From NCBI GenBank assembly GCA_964016885.1, contig OZ024741.1:187922001-187986000 (forward strand): a stretch of DNA of 64,000 nt. Reading direction: 5' to 3'. The stretch is from Eledone cirrhosa (taxonomy: Eukaryota). The position numbers were made by a program, and so were the translations under genes. Positions 41,520-56,786 of the stretch are shown in pieces. The notes under the pieces are model-generated. The model searched no databases, was not told the DNA's origin, and saw only the letters and a list, made by a program, of their open reading frames with translations. The first letter of the stretch is position 1. Each line of letters begins with the position of its first letter.

Positions 41520-44500
41520 CCTAGGAAACCCAAAATTAATCTGAAGGACCATAAAAGAAATTTTGAAATTGAATTACCAGTTAGATTGATTGCACCATCT
41601 AAATCGGACCTTGGCATACTTAGCAAGAATATTTTAGACAGAATAATACCACAACTTAAGGAAATATCTTATTTAAAATTATGGAATGGGACTAATGAAG
41701 TTATTGACTGGTTTAAGGACATTAAATATAAACATAACAATAAATTCATTCAATTAGATATTGCTAATTATTACTCATCTATCACTCCTAATCTACTTAA
41801 TAAAGCCCTTACACATGCATTTAAATATACAGATTTAACTAGCAATGAAATACACATTATCTTAACTGCACGTAAAACATTAATTAAATTTAGCAACCAC
41901 CAACTAGAGCAGACAGAGATAACAATTTCGATATCACTATGGGATCATCGGACTCGGCGCAATTAACGGATCTTGTGGGGCTTTTTATTAACAATACTTT
42001 ACATAGGAAAATACCGGAGATGACCGGTGATTTATATCGTGACGATATGCTATTACTTATTGAAAATAATAATAATTGTGAAATAAATAGAAAAATAAAA
42101 AAAATAAAAAACTTTTTAATAGCGTTAATCTTATAATTATAAAATAGTTAATTTTTTAGATGTAACTTTAAACCTTAACACTGGTTTTTATTATCCATTT
42201 CATAAAATAAACGAGAATTTAAACTATGTTAACCTTAATTACAATCACCCCAGATCCGTTAAAAACACTATTGTAAATTCTGTGCAGCAACGTATTTCTA
42301 GAATTTCAGCGAATAAAAAATATATTTGAAGATAAGGCACAATATTATAACGAAGCGTTAGGTAGAGCAGGCTACAGTAATAAAATTAAATACATTGATA
42401 ATAAGGATGTGCCAATTAACTATAACTATAAATATAATTATAATAGAAAACCTTACACTAACTCGAAAACCAAAAGAAAAAATAGAACTAGAAATATATT
42501 ATGGTTCGCTCCCCCTTTCTCATTAAGTATTAAAACTCCTATTGCTAAATTATTCTTTAGAGCTCTAGATAGGTGCTTTCCTAGGACACACAGGTATTAC
42601 TCAATCTTTAATAGACATACTATTAAACTCTCATATTCCACCACTATGAATTTAGCGCAGAATATTAATAGAATTAATAATAGAAACTTAAAACCTAACC
42701 AGAATAGCATCAATATCCAATATAATGTTACGGCTCCCAAAAATATAAATTTAGATAAATGTAATTGTAGAAATAAATCTAACTGTCCTCTAAATAATAA
42801 TTGTTTAGTTAAAAATATAGTATACAATTGTAATGTCAAAACAAATGAAAACTCCTTTAACTATGTCGGCTCTACTTCCACAGACTTCAAATCTCGTTTT
42901 AATGACCATAAATGTTCCTTTACGAATATTGGTAAAAAATCTTCAACTTCTCTATCTAACTTATTATGGGACTTGAAATCCAAGAATATTAACTATTCTT
43001 TACTTTGGAAAATTATTTCCAAAGCTCCTTCATACACTGCTTTATCCCAAAATTGCTCTCTTTGTGCTGAAGAAATATTCTTCATACTAAAAAGTAAGAA
43101 CTCTATTAATTTGCGAAATAATTTATTCAGTTCCTGCAAACATCGTTTAAACTCAACTTTTAAATATATATATAAAATGTAATATATGATTTATCTCTTT
43201 TACATAATGTCTTCTATATCTATATATGATTCATATATTTAATTTACTTTCTATTATCTCTACTTCACATATATATACTATATACTTTATATTATTACAC
43301 CTATCGATAGATTATAAAATTTCCTTATACGACTGCTTGAAACTCCTTTAAGAAAAATTTTTATTGTAAAACTTACGGAAGGTTTTAAGAAAATCTTTTG
43401 AAAATTCCTTTGAAAGATATAGAAAAACCATTATTTTCATACCTTCCAATACTTTTATATTGTTATATTTTTATATTTTTATATCTTCAAACATTTTTAA
43501 TATATATATCCAAATGTTTATATATATGTGGAAAAACATATGATTTTTATATATAGCTTTTTATATATATGTGTGGAATAACCTATGATTTATGCTTTAA
43601 ATATATTCTTAAGATAAATTTTTTAAATGTTTTAACTTTATAGCAAGTAAATTTATGACTTCGTATAAAATAACATATGGTTCATGTTTTAATTATATTC
43701 TTAATTTTTTTAAACTTTTTAACTTTATAACATTTAATCCTTAGAGTCATCTGAGTTCTTAAAAAATCACTTCTAACTTCCTTTACACCTCCTTACTGTT
43801 TTTATAATATAACTAAGTGGTTATTCCTTTGTAAACTCTCGAAAATCTTTCATAAATTTAGAATTATTTGGATGTTTAAATTTTTTACTTACAACTTTTA
43901 ATAAAATAAACTATACTAGATTTGCTCTAATGTAAAATACTATATATTTATTTAAATAATTTATAATCCTTAACATACACATTTAAACTAATTATTAATA
44001 TTAAATTATTAAATTAAATCTTTAATATTAAGGTAAATTTTAATCTTTAATTTTGATTTCTAATTTTTTAATTTTAATTTAATTTTAATCTAATTTTTCA
44101 ACCTATCATTATAACTATTATAATCAAAACGTAATGAATCCTCCATTATAAATATTCTTCTTCCACGTTATTCTCATTTCTTCTCTCACTTAGATATACT
44201 TACGCTGTGTATATTTATACTTTGAAATTCATCTCTTCATGCACTCTATTTTCACTATCAATATATATAATCGTTCTTTCTTTCCTCTTCTATCTTTCTC
44301 CTTTCTTTTTTCTTTTTTCTTTTTCTTTTTTTTTCTTTTTTTTTCTTTTTTTCTTTTTTCTTTTTTTCTTTTTTTCTTTTTTTCTTTTTTTCTTTTTTTC
44401 TTTTTTTCTTTTTTTCTTTTTTTCTTTTTCTTTTTTCTTTTTTTCTTTTTTTCTTTTTTTCCTTTTTTTCTTTTTTCTTTTTTCTTTTTTCTTTTTTCTT

Positions 44501-44845
44501 TTTTCTTTTTTCTTTTTTTCTTTTTTTCTTTTTTTCTTCTTTCTCTTTCCCTTACATATCATCTTCTTCCAACAGTTTAATTTAAATAAACCGTTATCTT
44601 TTCAACCTTTCGGACAGTCATTTGCATACTCACTCATAATTGTGTATCAACCTCAATAAATGTAATATCTCCACTATCCAGGAAGCTCCAACCGTTAAGG
44701 TTGTCTTTTTTTCCGGGTATGTCAATATGTATTTATAAAAGAAATCTGTATTTTATCTGATGAAAGCGCACCAGAATTTGCCTTGGTTGCCCTTGAAATA
44801 TGTATAATAAAATAAATATGGTTTTATAAATATAGTTTCCATTTA

Positions 44846-44850
<5 letters not shown>
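41520..44850 (+). mobile_element. Neptune-type Penelope-like retrotransposon, 5'-truncated and frameshifted, flanked by (TA)n
   Basis: RT motifs [37 protein letters not shown] and LYRDD. Cys linker CNCRNKSNCPLNNNCL, GIY-YIG IVY..YVGST..RFNDH and terminal CSLC..CKH (stop at 43182). A 3' UTR of about 1.6 kb ends in an HHR. Confidence 0.93.
44749..44814 (+). ncRNA. Type I hammerhead ribozyme at the Neptune 3' end
   Basis: TATTTTAT-CTGATGA (44757-44763), stem II, GAAA-TATGT-ATA-ATAAAATA. Confidence 0.82.
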
Positions 44851-44931
<81 letters not shown>

Positions 44932-44995
44932 AATATATGCATACACACACATACACACATATATATATATACACATACGTATATATATATATGTA

Positions 44996-45256
<261 letters not shown>

Positions 45257-45266
45257 ATATATATAC

Positions 45267-45787
<521 letters not shown>

Positions 45788-45939
45788 TTATTTATTTATT
45801 TAGGTTTGAAGGTTCACCACTGGATAGAGTTGGTCATTCCGTATGGTCAATCTCGATGTAATAATATGGAGAGTACTCAACGTAAAGCAGTTCAACCGTC
45901 TTCGTTTGTGTTGTTGGTGGTGCGAGTACGGAGTTAATT

Positions 45940-46152
45940 ATTATAATAAAATAACAGGAGGCTGGACTTGTGTAAATCCTTGAAAGGTTTATTATACTCT
46001 GATCATTTCAATGACCGGGTTCCGTATGAATCCGGTGATATCATCCGGTGATATCACCGGATTCATACGGAACCCGGTCATTGAAATGATCAGAGTATAA
46101 TAAACCTTTCAGGGATTTACACAAGTCCAGCCTCCTGTTATTTTATTATAAT
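45940..46152. mobile_element. Near-perfect palindrome (arms about 100 bp), pLTR-like
   Basis: Arms differ by about one base. Each reads hairpin CCGGATTC-ATACG-GAACCCGG, then GAAATGATC and AATAAA. Confidence 0.8.
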
Positions 46153-46274
46153 TATATATATATATATATATAAACGCAGAAACATATAGGTATTGGATGT
46201 CTTGAATTTATATATCAGCATTCAAAATCTTTTCTGTTAAACGAGGTGCACCGAGAATTTGAATTTGTACATAT

Positions 46275-46720
46275 AATGGTTTCTAGTTTATGCACAAGGT
46301 GAGTTATTTTGTGGCGAAGAGAAAAGTTGAGTAAATCAATCTTGATACTTGGCTGATACTTTACTTTATTGACCCTGGAATGCTGGAAGGCAAACTTGGC
46401 CTCGGCAAGATTTGAACTCAGAACGTAAGATCCAGAAATAAATAGACCACAACATTTTATCCGTCGTTCAAACTATTCTGTTAATCCACCACCCTAAGTT
46501 GTACATATAATTATTATATATCTAAAGGGCGGTGGTTTGGCAGTGTCGGTAGAGCGTCAAACACCATGCTTTGCAGCATAGAGTTATGGCCCTTTGTGTT
46601 CTGAGTTAAAATCCGCCGAGGTTAACTTTGCCTTTCATCCTTACGGGATCGATAAAATAAAGTACCAGTGATGCACTGGGGTAATCGCTGGGCTTGTGTC
46701 AAAAGTAGGAAAACTATAAT
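46275..46720. mobile_element. SINE A pair (46275-46497 minus, old; 46524-46720 plus)
   Basis: Matches the SINE A consensus. Confidence 0.85.
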
Positions 46721-46940
46721 TATTATATATGTTTTTATCAAGAGAGAATACAATCAGCTACAACTCACGTACAATGTTACGGAAGACGATTTTCTATAGC
46801 AAACGATTAACCCAGTGAGAGGCTAGGAATTGGTTCACCGACAGACCGTACTGACCTCAGGGTCACCACTCATGCTAGTAGAGACTAGTGAATATGGTGG
46901 CTGATGCACTTGCCTGCTTAACTAGGACGCCATGAGTATA

Positions 46941-47045
<105 letters not shown>

Positions 47046-47214
47046 TGTGTGTATGTTTGTGTGTGTGTTTGTGTGTGTGTGTGTGTATGCGTATGTGTGT
47101 GAGTGTGTGTTTGTGTATGTTTGTGTGTGTGTGTGTGTGCGTGTGTATGCGCGTGTATGTGTATTGTTTACATATATACATACGTGCATACAAACCGGTT
47201 TATCCCAGGATGAC

Positions 47215-47930
47215 AAACCGGTTTACCCCAGGGTGACGTCTTGTCCATAATGCTGTTCATGCTATCAGTGAACCCCTTGTCAGCATTGTTAGAAAATACC
47301 AAAGCTACATTTTCGGATTTGCAAAAAAGCGAAAAACTAATGCCATCCAAACATTTGTTATTGATAATTTTAGGCTACATTCAAGTAACATTCGTCGTAC
47401 CAAGAGACAAAACTGTTCACGGTGTTCCCGCGGGATATAGGAATGGATTTTGGTTTGAATAGGTGCTCATATTTGGTAATCAACCCTGGAGAAATTATTA
47501 AAACAAGGAATGGTCTTCTTGTCTTCCCTGTTTCTCTTTGCGATTATCTCGGAATTAATGAGAACCTCACTTACGTTGGCGTTAGGAATATAATCAAAGC
47601 AACCAAAGAATACTTTGGTAAACCTCGAAAAATATGGATCTCAGAGTTATCGCTTTCATTAAGATCATATCCCATAAAGCTTTTGTACTATCAGTAGTAG
47701 TAGCAATATTTGGGTTAATAGATTGGACACTTTATGAGGTCTGTAATTTGGATATCAAAAAAGGGAAGGTACTAATCACGACTGGTAACATAAACAGTGA
47801 TATTGATAGGATTTATATTAAACGGAGAGATGGAGGCAGAGACATACTGTCAGTTCAAACGGTCTTTATGTGTCGAACCGTATCACTCAGACAACACCTG
47901 TTGAACAGTCAAGGGAGATTCGAGTCCATC
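47215..47930 (+). mobile_element. Degraded Dong/R4-clade reverse transcriptase fragment
   Basis: Broken frames give QGDVLSIMLFMLSVNPLS, DIGMDFGLNRC, YLGINE and NSDIDRIYIKRRDGGR. Confidence 0.78.
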
Positions 47931-47934
47931 ACAT

Positions 47935-48112
47935 GAGTACACTTCGAGGTCTATAAGCCAGAAGGCTCGTTAGGCCGGTGCTTATCCCGGGTTTCATGGC
48001 GTGAAGCGACTGAGAGTACAAGACTCCCCCCTGCACATGATGCCAGTCCATTGCAGGATTAAACCTCCAGTTATTGCTGGTACTCATTTTCAGTTGAGTA
48101 TACTCGACCAAC
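47935..48112 (-). mobile_element. SINE B 3' half
   Basis: Reverse complement of about 22125-22265, with a further tail. Confidence 0.78.
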
Positions 48113-48139
48113 CTGAAAGGAAAACGAAAAAGGAGAAAA

Positions 48140-48445
48140 TTAGCGACGGAAATATAAACGTTATATAACGATGCAAGTATATGAATATTTATATAAGCTA
48201 TATGATATAGCGTACAGACGCTAACTGGAAGTGTAGACATTTGAAAATTTTAAAAGAAGTGAATCTTAAAATAAGCGATCATTATATATAAGAATATTTA
48301 TGTTTAATCAACAGCTACGAAATTTAGTACATAAATTATGTAATATTCATTCATTATTTATTCAAAGTCATCTAACTTCTTTACTAATGGGATAAACAAA
48401 TATATTCAGGACACAGTCCCGCACTCCTCCCTTTAATATATTATG
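48140..48445 (-). mobile_element. Fragment of the Helitron-like family at 15996-16605
   Basis: Shares GACGGAAATATA, CGCTAAC.GGAAGTGT, AAATTATGTAATATTC and CAGTCCCGCACTCC. Confidence 0.6.
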
Positions 48446-48880
48446 ATATGATTACTAGTGGAACATTCCAATAAAAATAATAAACTGTGCAAACAGAACA
48501 AGGACCAGCAATCACGCACTGTTGTGCAGACATGTCAGTTGCCCAACGGATAAGAACGTGTCGTCTGGGGTTGAATAAAAAGAAAACATATTGTGAGCTA
48601 TTGAAGAATTTAAAGCTCTAAATTTTCATTTGCGCCTATTACTATATGGGCAATAGGCTATGTAACAACAGATTTTAAAAAGCTATTTTCTATGAAAAAA
48701 CAAAGGAAACTGACCTATCTCCTCCAAATCCAATCGATTAATAGTACAGTAAAGATTTTTCCCAAGCTTTTCAGAAGATATTCCGAAGCTTTTCATTTTG
48801 AGTTTCTTGTATTGAATATACACAACAACTATATGTGCGTATATGGCGAACACATAAAGAGTAATCATGCTTGCGTGCAA

Positions 48881-48962
<82 letters not shown>

Positions 48963-48965
48963 ACG

Positions 48966-49006
<41 letters not shown>

Positions 49007-49009
49007 ACG

Positions 49010-49044
<35 letters not shown>

Positions 49045-49432
49045 ACAAAACATAAGTGTGCTAAAGTGAGACGTATCCACTAATAACAGGAGCTCAAGTA
49101 CATACTCGTACATTTACATGTGTATATACATACATTACACACGCTAACGCTAACTCATATTAACAAATCCTTGGATTTGTTTTGATTCAAAAACATCTTG
49201 TTAGTGAGCGACTTGAACTCTGCGAAGAAATTTAGATCTCGGAAAATCACATATACATACATACATACATACATACATACATACATACATACATACATAC
49301 ACACACACATACACACATACATACATACATACATACATACATACAAACATACATACATACATACATACATACATACATACATACATACATACATACATAC
49401 ATACATACATACATACATACATACATACATAC

Positions 49433-50004
49433 ATGGTGGCTGCCAACTCGTTTTCGAGTACGGCCACTACTTTATATCCATGTAGGAGAACCCCTACCGA
49501 TGCGCTGAACGAGTGTGACTTTTTAGTCCAGCCAGCGACTTGAAAACTCTGGTACAAACACTACACGTGTGACAATTATTGACACATAGTGCTGGGCCCA
49601 TGGTACCATGTGACGACAAGTGCAGAGAGATCTCCAGATATAAAGCACTGCTTGTGCCGTGAAGCTTTTATAGTGAGCAAAGGCACTGCACAAAGCCAGT
49701 CCCACTCTCTTAACCAAGATGATATTTACCAAAAAGAAGAACATGACAACATCATTGGATACCATCAGGGTTGCAGGTGTTATATCAGAGTTTTCCTTCT
49801 CCTAGAATTCTGCTTTGACAAAGGCTAAGGGGTCATCTCTCCCGGTGATTTTGGATGGCCATTGACTCTTAAGAGCGCCTTTGCCCTTTGACAGGTTTTG
49901 TTTTTAGTCCTGCAGGATGTCCAAAGTCACCCTCCTCACCGAGAAACCTTGGTGGGGTTGCCAGTTTAGTCGCCAACGACCCGACCATGAGACAGGTTGT
50001 ACTG
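49433..50004 (-). mobile_element. RTE-derived family B copy inside (TACA)n
   Basis: Reverse complement of 27638-28186. Confidence 0.8.
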
Positions 50005-50043
50005 ACATACATACATACATACATACATACATACATACATACA

Positions 50044-50079
<36 letters not shown>

Positions 50080-50096
50080 CATACATACATACACAC

Positions 50097-50457
50097 ACTG
50101 GGATATGTTAGTAACTGTCTCAGTCCAAATCTTGAGAAGCTGGGCTTCACAGAAACAGAAATAACACTAGTTAGGAAATTACAAGTACAATCCATTAATG
50201 GAACAGTAAATATATGTAAAACATTCCAAAGATTCTGCATGTAATAACTGCATGTACACTTCTACAGATACAAAACATATGCACGTGCACGTATATAACT
50301 CAAAACATACACATCCACACATACAATAACATCCATACCTGCACACACACACACACATGCACACACGCACGCAGACATGGAGATATATCTACCTAGCTGA
50401 TGTTGTTTAAACTCCATTGAAAGAGTCTTGTGCCTATGCTACAAACTGACTCTCTCA

Positions 50458-50460
<3 letters not shown>
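50097..50460 (+). mobile_element. 3' end of a Dong/R4-like element
   Basis: LGYVSNCLSPNLEKLGF..LVRKLQVQSINGTVNICKTF, then a 3' UTR. Confidence 0.72.
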
Positions 50461-50544
<84 letters not shown>

Positions 50545-50545
<1 letters not shown>

Positions 50546-50624
50546 TTTTAATATGGTATCCCTGAAATATGTATAATGAAATAAATATGATTTTATAAAT
50601 ATAGTTTCCATTTGTTTAATATCG
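50545..50624 (+). mobile_element. Solo Neptune pLTR tip beginning within HHR stem II
   Basis: AATATGGTATCCCT-GAAA-TATGT-ATA-ATGAAATA plus the shared terminus. Confidence 0.75.
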
Positions 50625-50641
50625 TATATATGTATATATGT

Positions 50642-50676
<35 letters not shown>

Positions 50677-50681
<5 letters not shown>

Positions 50682-51112
50682 TATGTACACGTACATACAT
50701 ATATGTATACAGACGTACAGTAGTATGTATATATATACATACACACATATATATATATATGTAAGTATGGATTAACCGAACATTTATTATAATGCTCGGT
50801 GTGTTTGTAAACAAACATCCCGTATTAAGCCGTAGTGTCCAGCAACCATCGTTGCTCGTTTGTTCAACACTGACAAAGGAACACTGTACTAGTTACAAGC
50901 TTATTAGCTATAAGCTTGAAACTAGTACAGCGTTCTTTTGTCAGTGTTGAACAAACGAGCAACGATGGTTGCTGGACACTACGGCTTAATACGGGATGTT
51001 TGTTTACAAACACAGCGAGCATTATAATAAATGTTGTGTGCATGTATGTATATATATATACATACTACTGTACGTCTGTATACATATATGTATGTACGTG
51101 TACATACTTATA
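50677..51112. mobile_element. About 435 bp palindrome centred on HHR stem II
   Basis: Centre AAGCTTAT-TAGCT-ATAAGCTT (50897-50917) is followed directly by GAAAC-TA-GTA-CAGCG. Confidence 0.85.
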
Positions 51113-51168
51113 TTTAAGTAACAGCCGTACTAAGAGTGGGAAATGAAATTTCGTTTCATTTTTTCCGT

Positions 51169-51833
51169 TTATATATATATAAAACTGAGGATGTCTGTCT
51201 GTGTGTGAGTTTGAATCCCTAAAACTAGAGAAACACCCAACCGACTGTTTTCAAACTTTACACATGTAATACTTATGTTTCAGGGAGTGTTATGAGCAAA
51301 AGAAAATTCAAATTTGTATACCCTAGGGACCGCATTATGCGATTTAGCGATTTCTCTCTATAATTCTTAGTCTTTCTCTTTTTAGATAGATACATACATA
51401 TAACGTCATGCCTTTATAATATCTGTCTGTATGTCTGGCTGTTTGCATTACGTCACTTCCTAGAATTCGCTCTACGTCCAGAACGTGCCCTTATAATATC
51501 TGTCTGTATGTCTGGCTGTCTGCATTACGTCACTTCCTACAATTCGCTCTGCGTCCAGAACGTGCCCTTATAATATCTGTCTGTATGTCTGGCTGTCTGC
51601 TGCCTCCAGTTATTCTGCCACCTTTGCTCAAGTCAAATCTCACACTCATTCCCCAAACAGTTGGTAAGTGCACACAACTTCTTCCTCACGTTTTAAGCCA
51701 CAGTGTTGCTTACTTACGTACCACCAGACCCTTACTTCTTTGCCAGCCGTGATTGGGGCAATACTAAGCTTAGCTAAGGCGGTTATATATTTCACAATAC
51801 CTTATCCCGTGCAACGCCAGGTACCACTGCTAG
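51169..51833 (+). mobile_element. Non-autonomous Helitron
   Basis: 5' TTATATATATATAAAACTGAGGATGTCTGTCTG. 3' hairpin-like CCCGTGCAACGCCAGG then CTAG|T. Internal tandem repeat of about 77 bp, 2.5 copies (51410-51600). Confidence 0.8.
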
Positions 51834-51890
51834 TATATATATAAATTTTGAGTATGTGTTGGTTGTTTACCGACACCTCAGTATGCAGGT

Positions 51891-51928
<38 letters not shown>

Positions 51929-51969
51929 AAATAACGAGGACAATTGGTTACTGCTTCATTACGTTTATT

Positions 51970-52062
51970 GGTTCGTGACGCGCGTTTCGCCACTGATCAG
52001 CTCAAGATTCGATCTATATTGATCTTTCCCGACTCTGTAATCCGCGGCTCGTCAGACCCCTT
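51970..52062 (-). ncRNA. Hammerhead-like core with long stem II and poor stem I, in a (TA)n-flanked fragment (51923-52086)
   Basis: CUGACGA-GCCGC...GUGGC-GAAAC-GCGC-GUC followed by AAUAAA. Stem I has only 2 clear pairs. Confidence 0.6.
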
Positions 52063-52084
52063 ATAACTCCAAGTTACACTCCCT

Positions 52085-52112
<28 letters not shown>

Positions 52113-52118
<6 letters not shown>

Positions 52119-52303
52119 GTTTCTACTTTTGGCACAAGACCAGCAATTACCCAGTGTATTACTGGTACTTTATTTTATCGACCCCGTAAGGATGAAAGGC
52201 AAAGTTAACCTCGGCGGGATTTGAACTCAAAATGGCAAGGGCCGTAACTCTATGCGTCAAAGCATGGCGTCCGACCCTCTACCGATACTGCCAATCCACC
52301 GCC
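52113..52303 (-). mobile_element. SINE A
   Basis: Matches the SINE A consensus. Confidence 0.9.
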
Positions 52304-52441
52304 TACATATATAATATTGGTAAAACATTTATAAAATTATAAAACTAGAAGAACATACATACAATCATATGTACATACTCTTTTACCTGTTTCAGCCATC
52401 CGGCTGAGGCCATGCTGGGGCACCGCCCTTGGCATACATAC

Positions 52442-52923
52442 ATGATGGCTGCCAACTCGTTTTCGAGTACGGCCACTACTTTATATCCATATAGGAGAAC
52501 CCCTACCGATGCGCTGAACGAGTGTGACTTTTTAGTCCAGCCAGCGACTTGAAAACTCTGGTACAAACACTACACTTGTGACAATTATTGACACATAGTG
52601 CTGGGCCCATGGTATCATGTGACGACAAGTGCAGAGAGATCTCCAGATATAAAGCAATGCCTGTGCCGTGAAGCTTTTATAGTGAGCAAAGGCACTGCAC
52701 AAAGCCAGTCCCACTCTCTTAACCAAGATGATATTTACCAAAAAGAAGAACAAGTCAACATCATTGGATACCATCAGGGTTGCAGGTGTTATATCAGAGT
52801 TTTCCTTCTCCTAGAATTCTGCCTTGTCTCATGGTCGGGTCGTTGGCGACTAAACTGGCAACCCCACCAAGGTTTCTTGGTGAGGAGGGTGACTTTGGAC
52901 ATCCTGCAGGACTAAAAACAAAA
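52442..52923 (-). mobile_element. RTE-derived family B copy with a 5' inversion
   Basis: 52442-52822 is colinear with 49433-49813. Segment 52825-52923 is the 5' part in opposite orientation. Confidence 0.8.
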
Positions 52924-52981
52924 CATACATACATACATACATACATACATACATACATACATACATACATACATACATACA

Positions 52982-53013
<32 letters not shown>

Positions 53014-53387
53014 CAGATAACATTGGGTATTGGTTTGGTTACTCTATGAATAAACAACGAATATTAAATGTAAATGTAAGTAAATATAAGTTGAACAGAG
53101 CGAGAAATGTAAATATAAGTACAAGACGATGACAAATGTATAGAGTAAAAGACATATATGAGGCAATATGGTTTTATATATATATATATATATATATGTA
53201 CATATATATATATACTCTATTACGTGTTCCAGTCGACAGGTTGGGACCATACTGGGGCACCGCCATTGATGCTACACTGTGTGTGTGTGTGTGTGTATCC
53301 GTGTGTGTGTGTGGTGTGTGTGTGTACGTGAATGTGTGGTGTGTGGTGTGTGGTGTGTGGTGTGTGTGTGTGTTTGTGCGTGGTGTG

Positions 53388-53539
<152 letters not shown>

Positions 53540-54064
53540 TGTGTGTTTTGTCTCTCTGTCCGTTTATTTTGTCCTGTAACAAAGTAGTTCGAAAAATCGA
53601 AATCAATCTAAATACTTATTAAATAGAAATGTGTACTGGATTGATATGATCGTAGAAACTCTTTAAGACATTGCTCCAGTATGAGCGCAATCCAGTGTCG
53701 AATCACTGAAACGAAACCAATGAATGATCTGATTCATTTTCATTTCCATTGTTCATTTGCTTAGTTAGTTGTATGTATATGCAACTAAAATATCACTATG
53801 CTTCAGCTCTCTTAAGCATGAACAAGCAAGAGGGACCCTTGCATTCGCTCCAAATGCAAGGGTCCTTCTCACTAAGGATCACTCATCCTAAACATAGCTA
53901 CAGCATAACAAACAGATCCTACACATAGCTACAACTGTATCTAAAAGACTCGTCTCTTCAGAGCCAGAAATTTCTTCAACACTTAACAATTTATGATACT
54001 TTATAAAGCCCAGTAGCACTGCTCCGACATCTGGGGTCAGGGCTACTTACATATACACGCCCGT

Positions 54065-54104
<40 letters not shown>

Positions 54105-54149
54105 TATATATATATATATATACACATATATATGGCTCCGTTAATTTAT

Positions 54150-54236
<87 letters not shown>

Positions 54237-54241
<5 letters not shown>

Positions 54242-54577
54242 GTAATCTGAGTTTTTCGAATATTAATAATAACATTCGATTCGTTTGCAATTATGCAAGA
54301 GCAAGAATGAAGGGTTCATTCTACTGACATGGCTTTAAAAGTGAGGCTTGTTTGCATAATTGCGTGGATTGGCAGTATCGGTAGAAGGTCGGACGCCATG
54401 CTTTCCAGCATAGTTACGTCCCTTTACGATCTGAGTTCAAATCCCGCCGAGGTTGACTTTGCCTTTCATCCTTACGGGGTCGATAAAATAAAGTACCAGT
54501 AATGCACTGGGTAATTGCTGGCCTTGTGCCTAAAGTAGAAACAATTATTAATATTCGGAAAACTCAGATTACATTTA
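54237..54577. mobile_element. Centre-deleted copy of the 1733-2183 palindrome with a nested SINE A (54364-54548)
   Basis: Both termini match (TAAATGTAATC.GAGTTTTTCGAATATT and its inverse). The HHR-bearing centre is absent. Confidence 0.82.
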
Positions 54578-54612
54578 TTGTAGTCAGCCATGTAGAGCGA
54601 AAAAAAAATTTT

Positions 54613-54660
<48 letters not shown>

Positions 54661-55143
54661 TGTGTGTGTGTGTGTGTGTGTATGTATATATATACACCAT
54701 ATCCAGAAAAAGATTACTCATATGATTAGATGAATCACATTCAGACACACTCCAACCTTAGCCCTAACGGAGTTCTGTTTCTTCTTGCTGCCTTTTATAC
54801 TTGTACTACAATGGATTCTGCTCTTCGGACCTGAGAGATCTCGTGCAGCATTTCCGCCTCACTTGTCTCTCCTTCTCTCATCATATTTTGTTCAAACTTC
54901 CAAGCCCAGCATTAACCTCTACCTCCCCATAATTTGTCCTGCACTTGTCTCTACCTATTTTATTATGTCCTAATGTGCACTGGAAAGAATGGTATCAACC
55001 TTAAAACCGAAACTTTAGTGATTTCCAGGGGTTGACTGAGATAGTACTGTTCGTCTTTCCATAGTTGTATTCCTTATCTTTGTCCTGTGCGCCCCCTATT
55101 TTGAATTCATATTCTAAAGACTTAGCCATGCGGCTTTTTCTGG

Positions 55144-55258
<115 letters not shown>

Positions 55259-55807
55259 TACAGGGCCGGCGCCAGACTATCTGGCACCAAAATGTATAAA
55301 CAATATATTTTTTCAACATTTGAGCACTGATATATATTATATATATATATATAATTTCTTTTTTTTTTTTACCACTGTATCACGTGTTAATCTTTCCCTC
55401 CGCCTCTGAGACTTTCTCACTTGCAATAAACGCGTCAGGAAACAGTCATTTTTTTCTGAGGGGTCTCTTGATAAGCCGTATCAACCTCACAGCGATGATG
55501 CACTTTTAAAGTGCAGATATCGGTGCACACGGATCGGCAAAACTGCAGTCGGGACTTTGAAGAAAGAATAGGTATATTTTTGTCTATTATTACCTCATAT
55601 TTTGTAATTTGATATATATATATATATATATATATTGGTAAAAGGAAAAGAAAATGCTGATAAATTGTTCCCAGTGAAAAGTAATTTAATTAGGAATAAG
55701 TAAAAATTAGTAATAGTATTGTTTAGTATTCAGTTTTGGTTTTAAGTTGCGCATTTCTAATGCTTTTCAAATATAATTTTGAGATAGAGCGCCCGTGATG
55801 TTTGCTC

Positions 55808-55856
<49 letters not shown>

Positions 55857-55862
<6 letters not shown>

Positions 55863-56514
55863 ATCTTCGCTTATCCGGATATCGCTTTTCCGAAATTCGA
55901 TTTACCGGACACGGCTATTTCTATACTACCTCCGGATGAGGAGGGCTTGATTTCGGCAGACGGACAGATTCGGGCAGCATTTCTTCCGGCGAACGTTACG
56001 TCACTTATTCAGCCAATGGACCAGGGAGTTCTGGAGACACTAAAGCGGATTTACAGAAAACAATTGCTGCGGGATTTAATCGGAAAAGGGGACACGGGAA
56101 TGATTCCATTTTTACGTGCGATAAACATGAGGGAGGTGGTTGACCGTTCAGCTGTTGCGTGGAAATGGTAGCGGAACGACGAACTTCGGCGCGAAAATAA
56201 TCTTCTATTTATTCATTTTTAAAAAAGTACTAACTTTTTATGGTTTGACTCAATTCAGTTTTATCAAGTTTTTAGTTATTCTTATGTTTGTTTAATTAAT
56301 TTTCTTATAAATTCTAGCTGTTCTTTTGTTATTCTAATAAACTTTCTTTACTTAGCATTTGTCTTTTATTTTGACTAAAAGAAGCCAAAACATTAGAAAC
56401 CACGAGCATTATGTAACAATGGGATTTTAGAATTCACTTATCCGGATATTTCACTTAACCGGATCTTTTTCTAACTGTTTGGTTTTGACCGCCCGGATAA
56501 GCGAAGATTCACTA
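55857..56514 (+). mobile_element. Internally deleted Tigger/pogo DNA transposon
   Basis: TIRs CAATGCATCTTCGCTTATCCGG / CCGGATAAGCGAAGATTCACTA in TA context. DDE_1 fragment FLPANVTSLIQPMDQGVLETLKRIYRK. Confidence 0.9.
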
Positions 56515-56529
56515 TATATATAAAAAGGA

Positions 56530-56741
56530 ACGATCGACTTTCGTCAAATCGGACCGAGGGAACAATGTTCCCGTTGGTCTTTCCAATTGTTAATACTATC
56601 TATCGGTCGCAACTCCAGGTAGAAGGAGCAACGTGAAATAAAATGTCTTGCTCAAGGACATAACGCATCGCCTGGTCTAGGAATCGAACTCACAACGTTA
56701 CGATTGCGAATCCAATTCTCTAACCACTCAGCCACACGCCT
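56530..56741 (-). mobile_element. SINE B subfamily with an alternative structured tail
   Basis: Same head and tail as 24286-24506. Confidence 0.82.
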
Positions 56742-56786
56742 GTATATATCCAAGGTGTAGAGCACTCAGTCCATGACGAGTTTTAA

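Noticed and set aside
44290-44562. Lys/Glu-rich and Phe-rich ORFs
   Set aside because: A (T)nC low-complexity tract inside the Neptune 3' UTR.
55261-55808. hAT-like element starting CAGGGCCGGCGCCAG
   Set aside because: No matching right TIR or TSD found.
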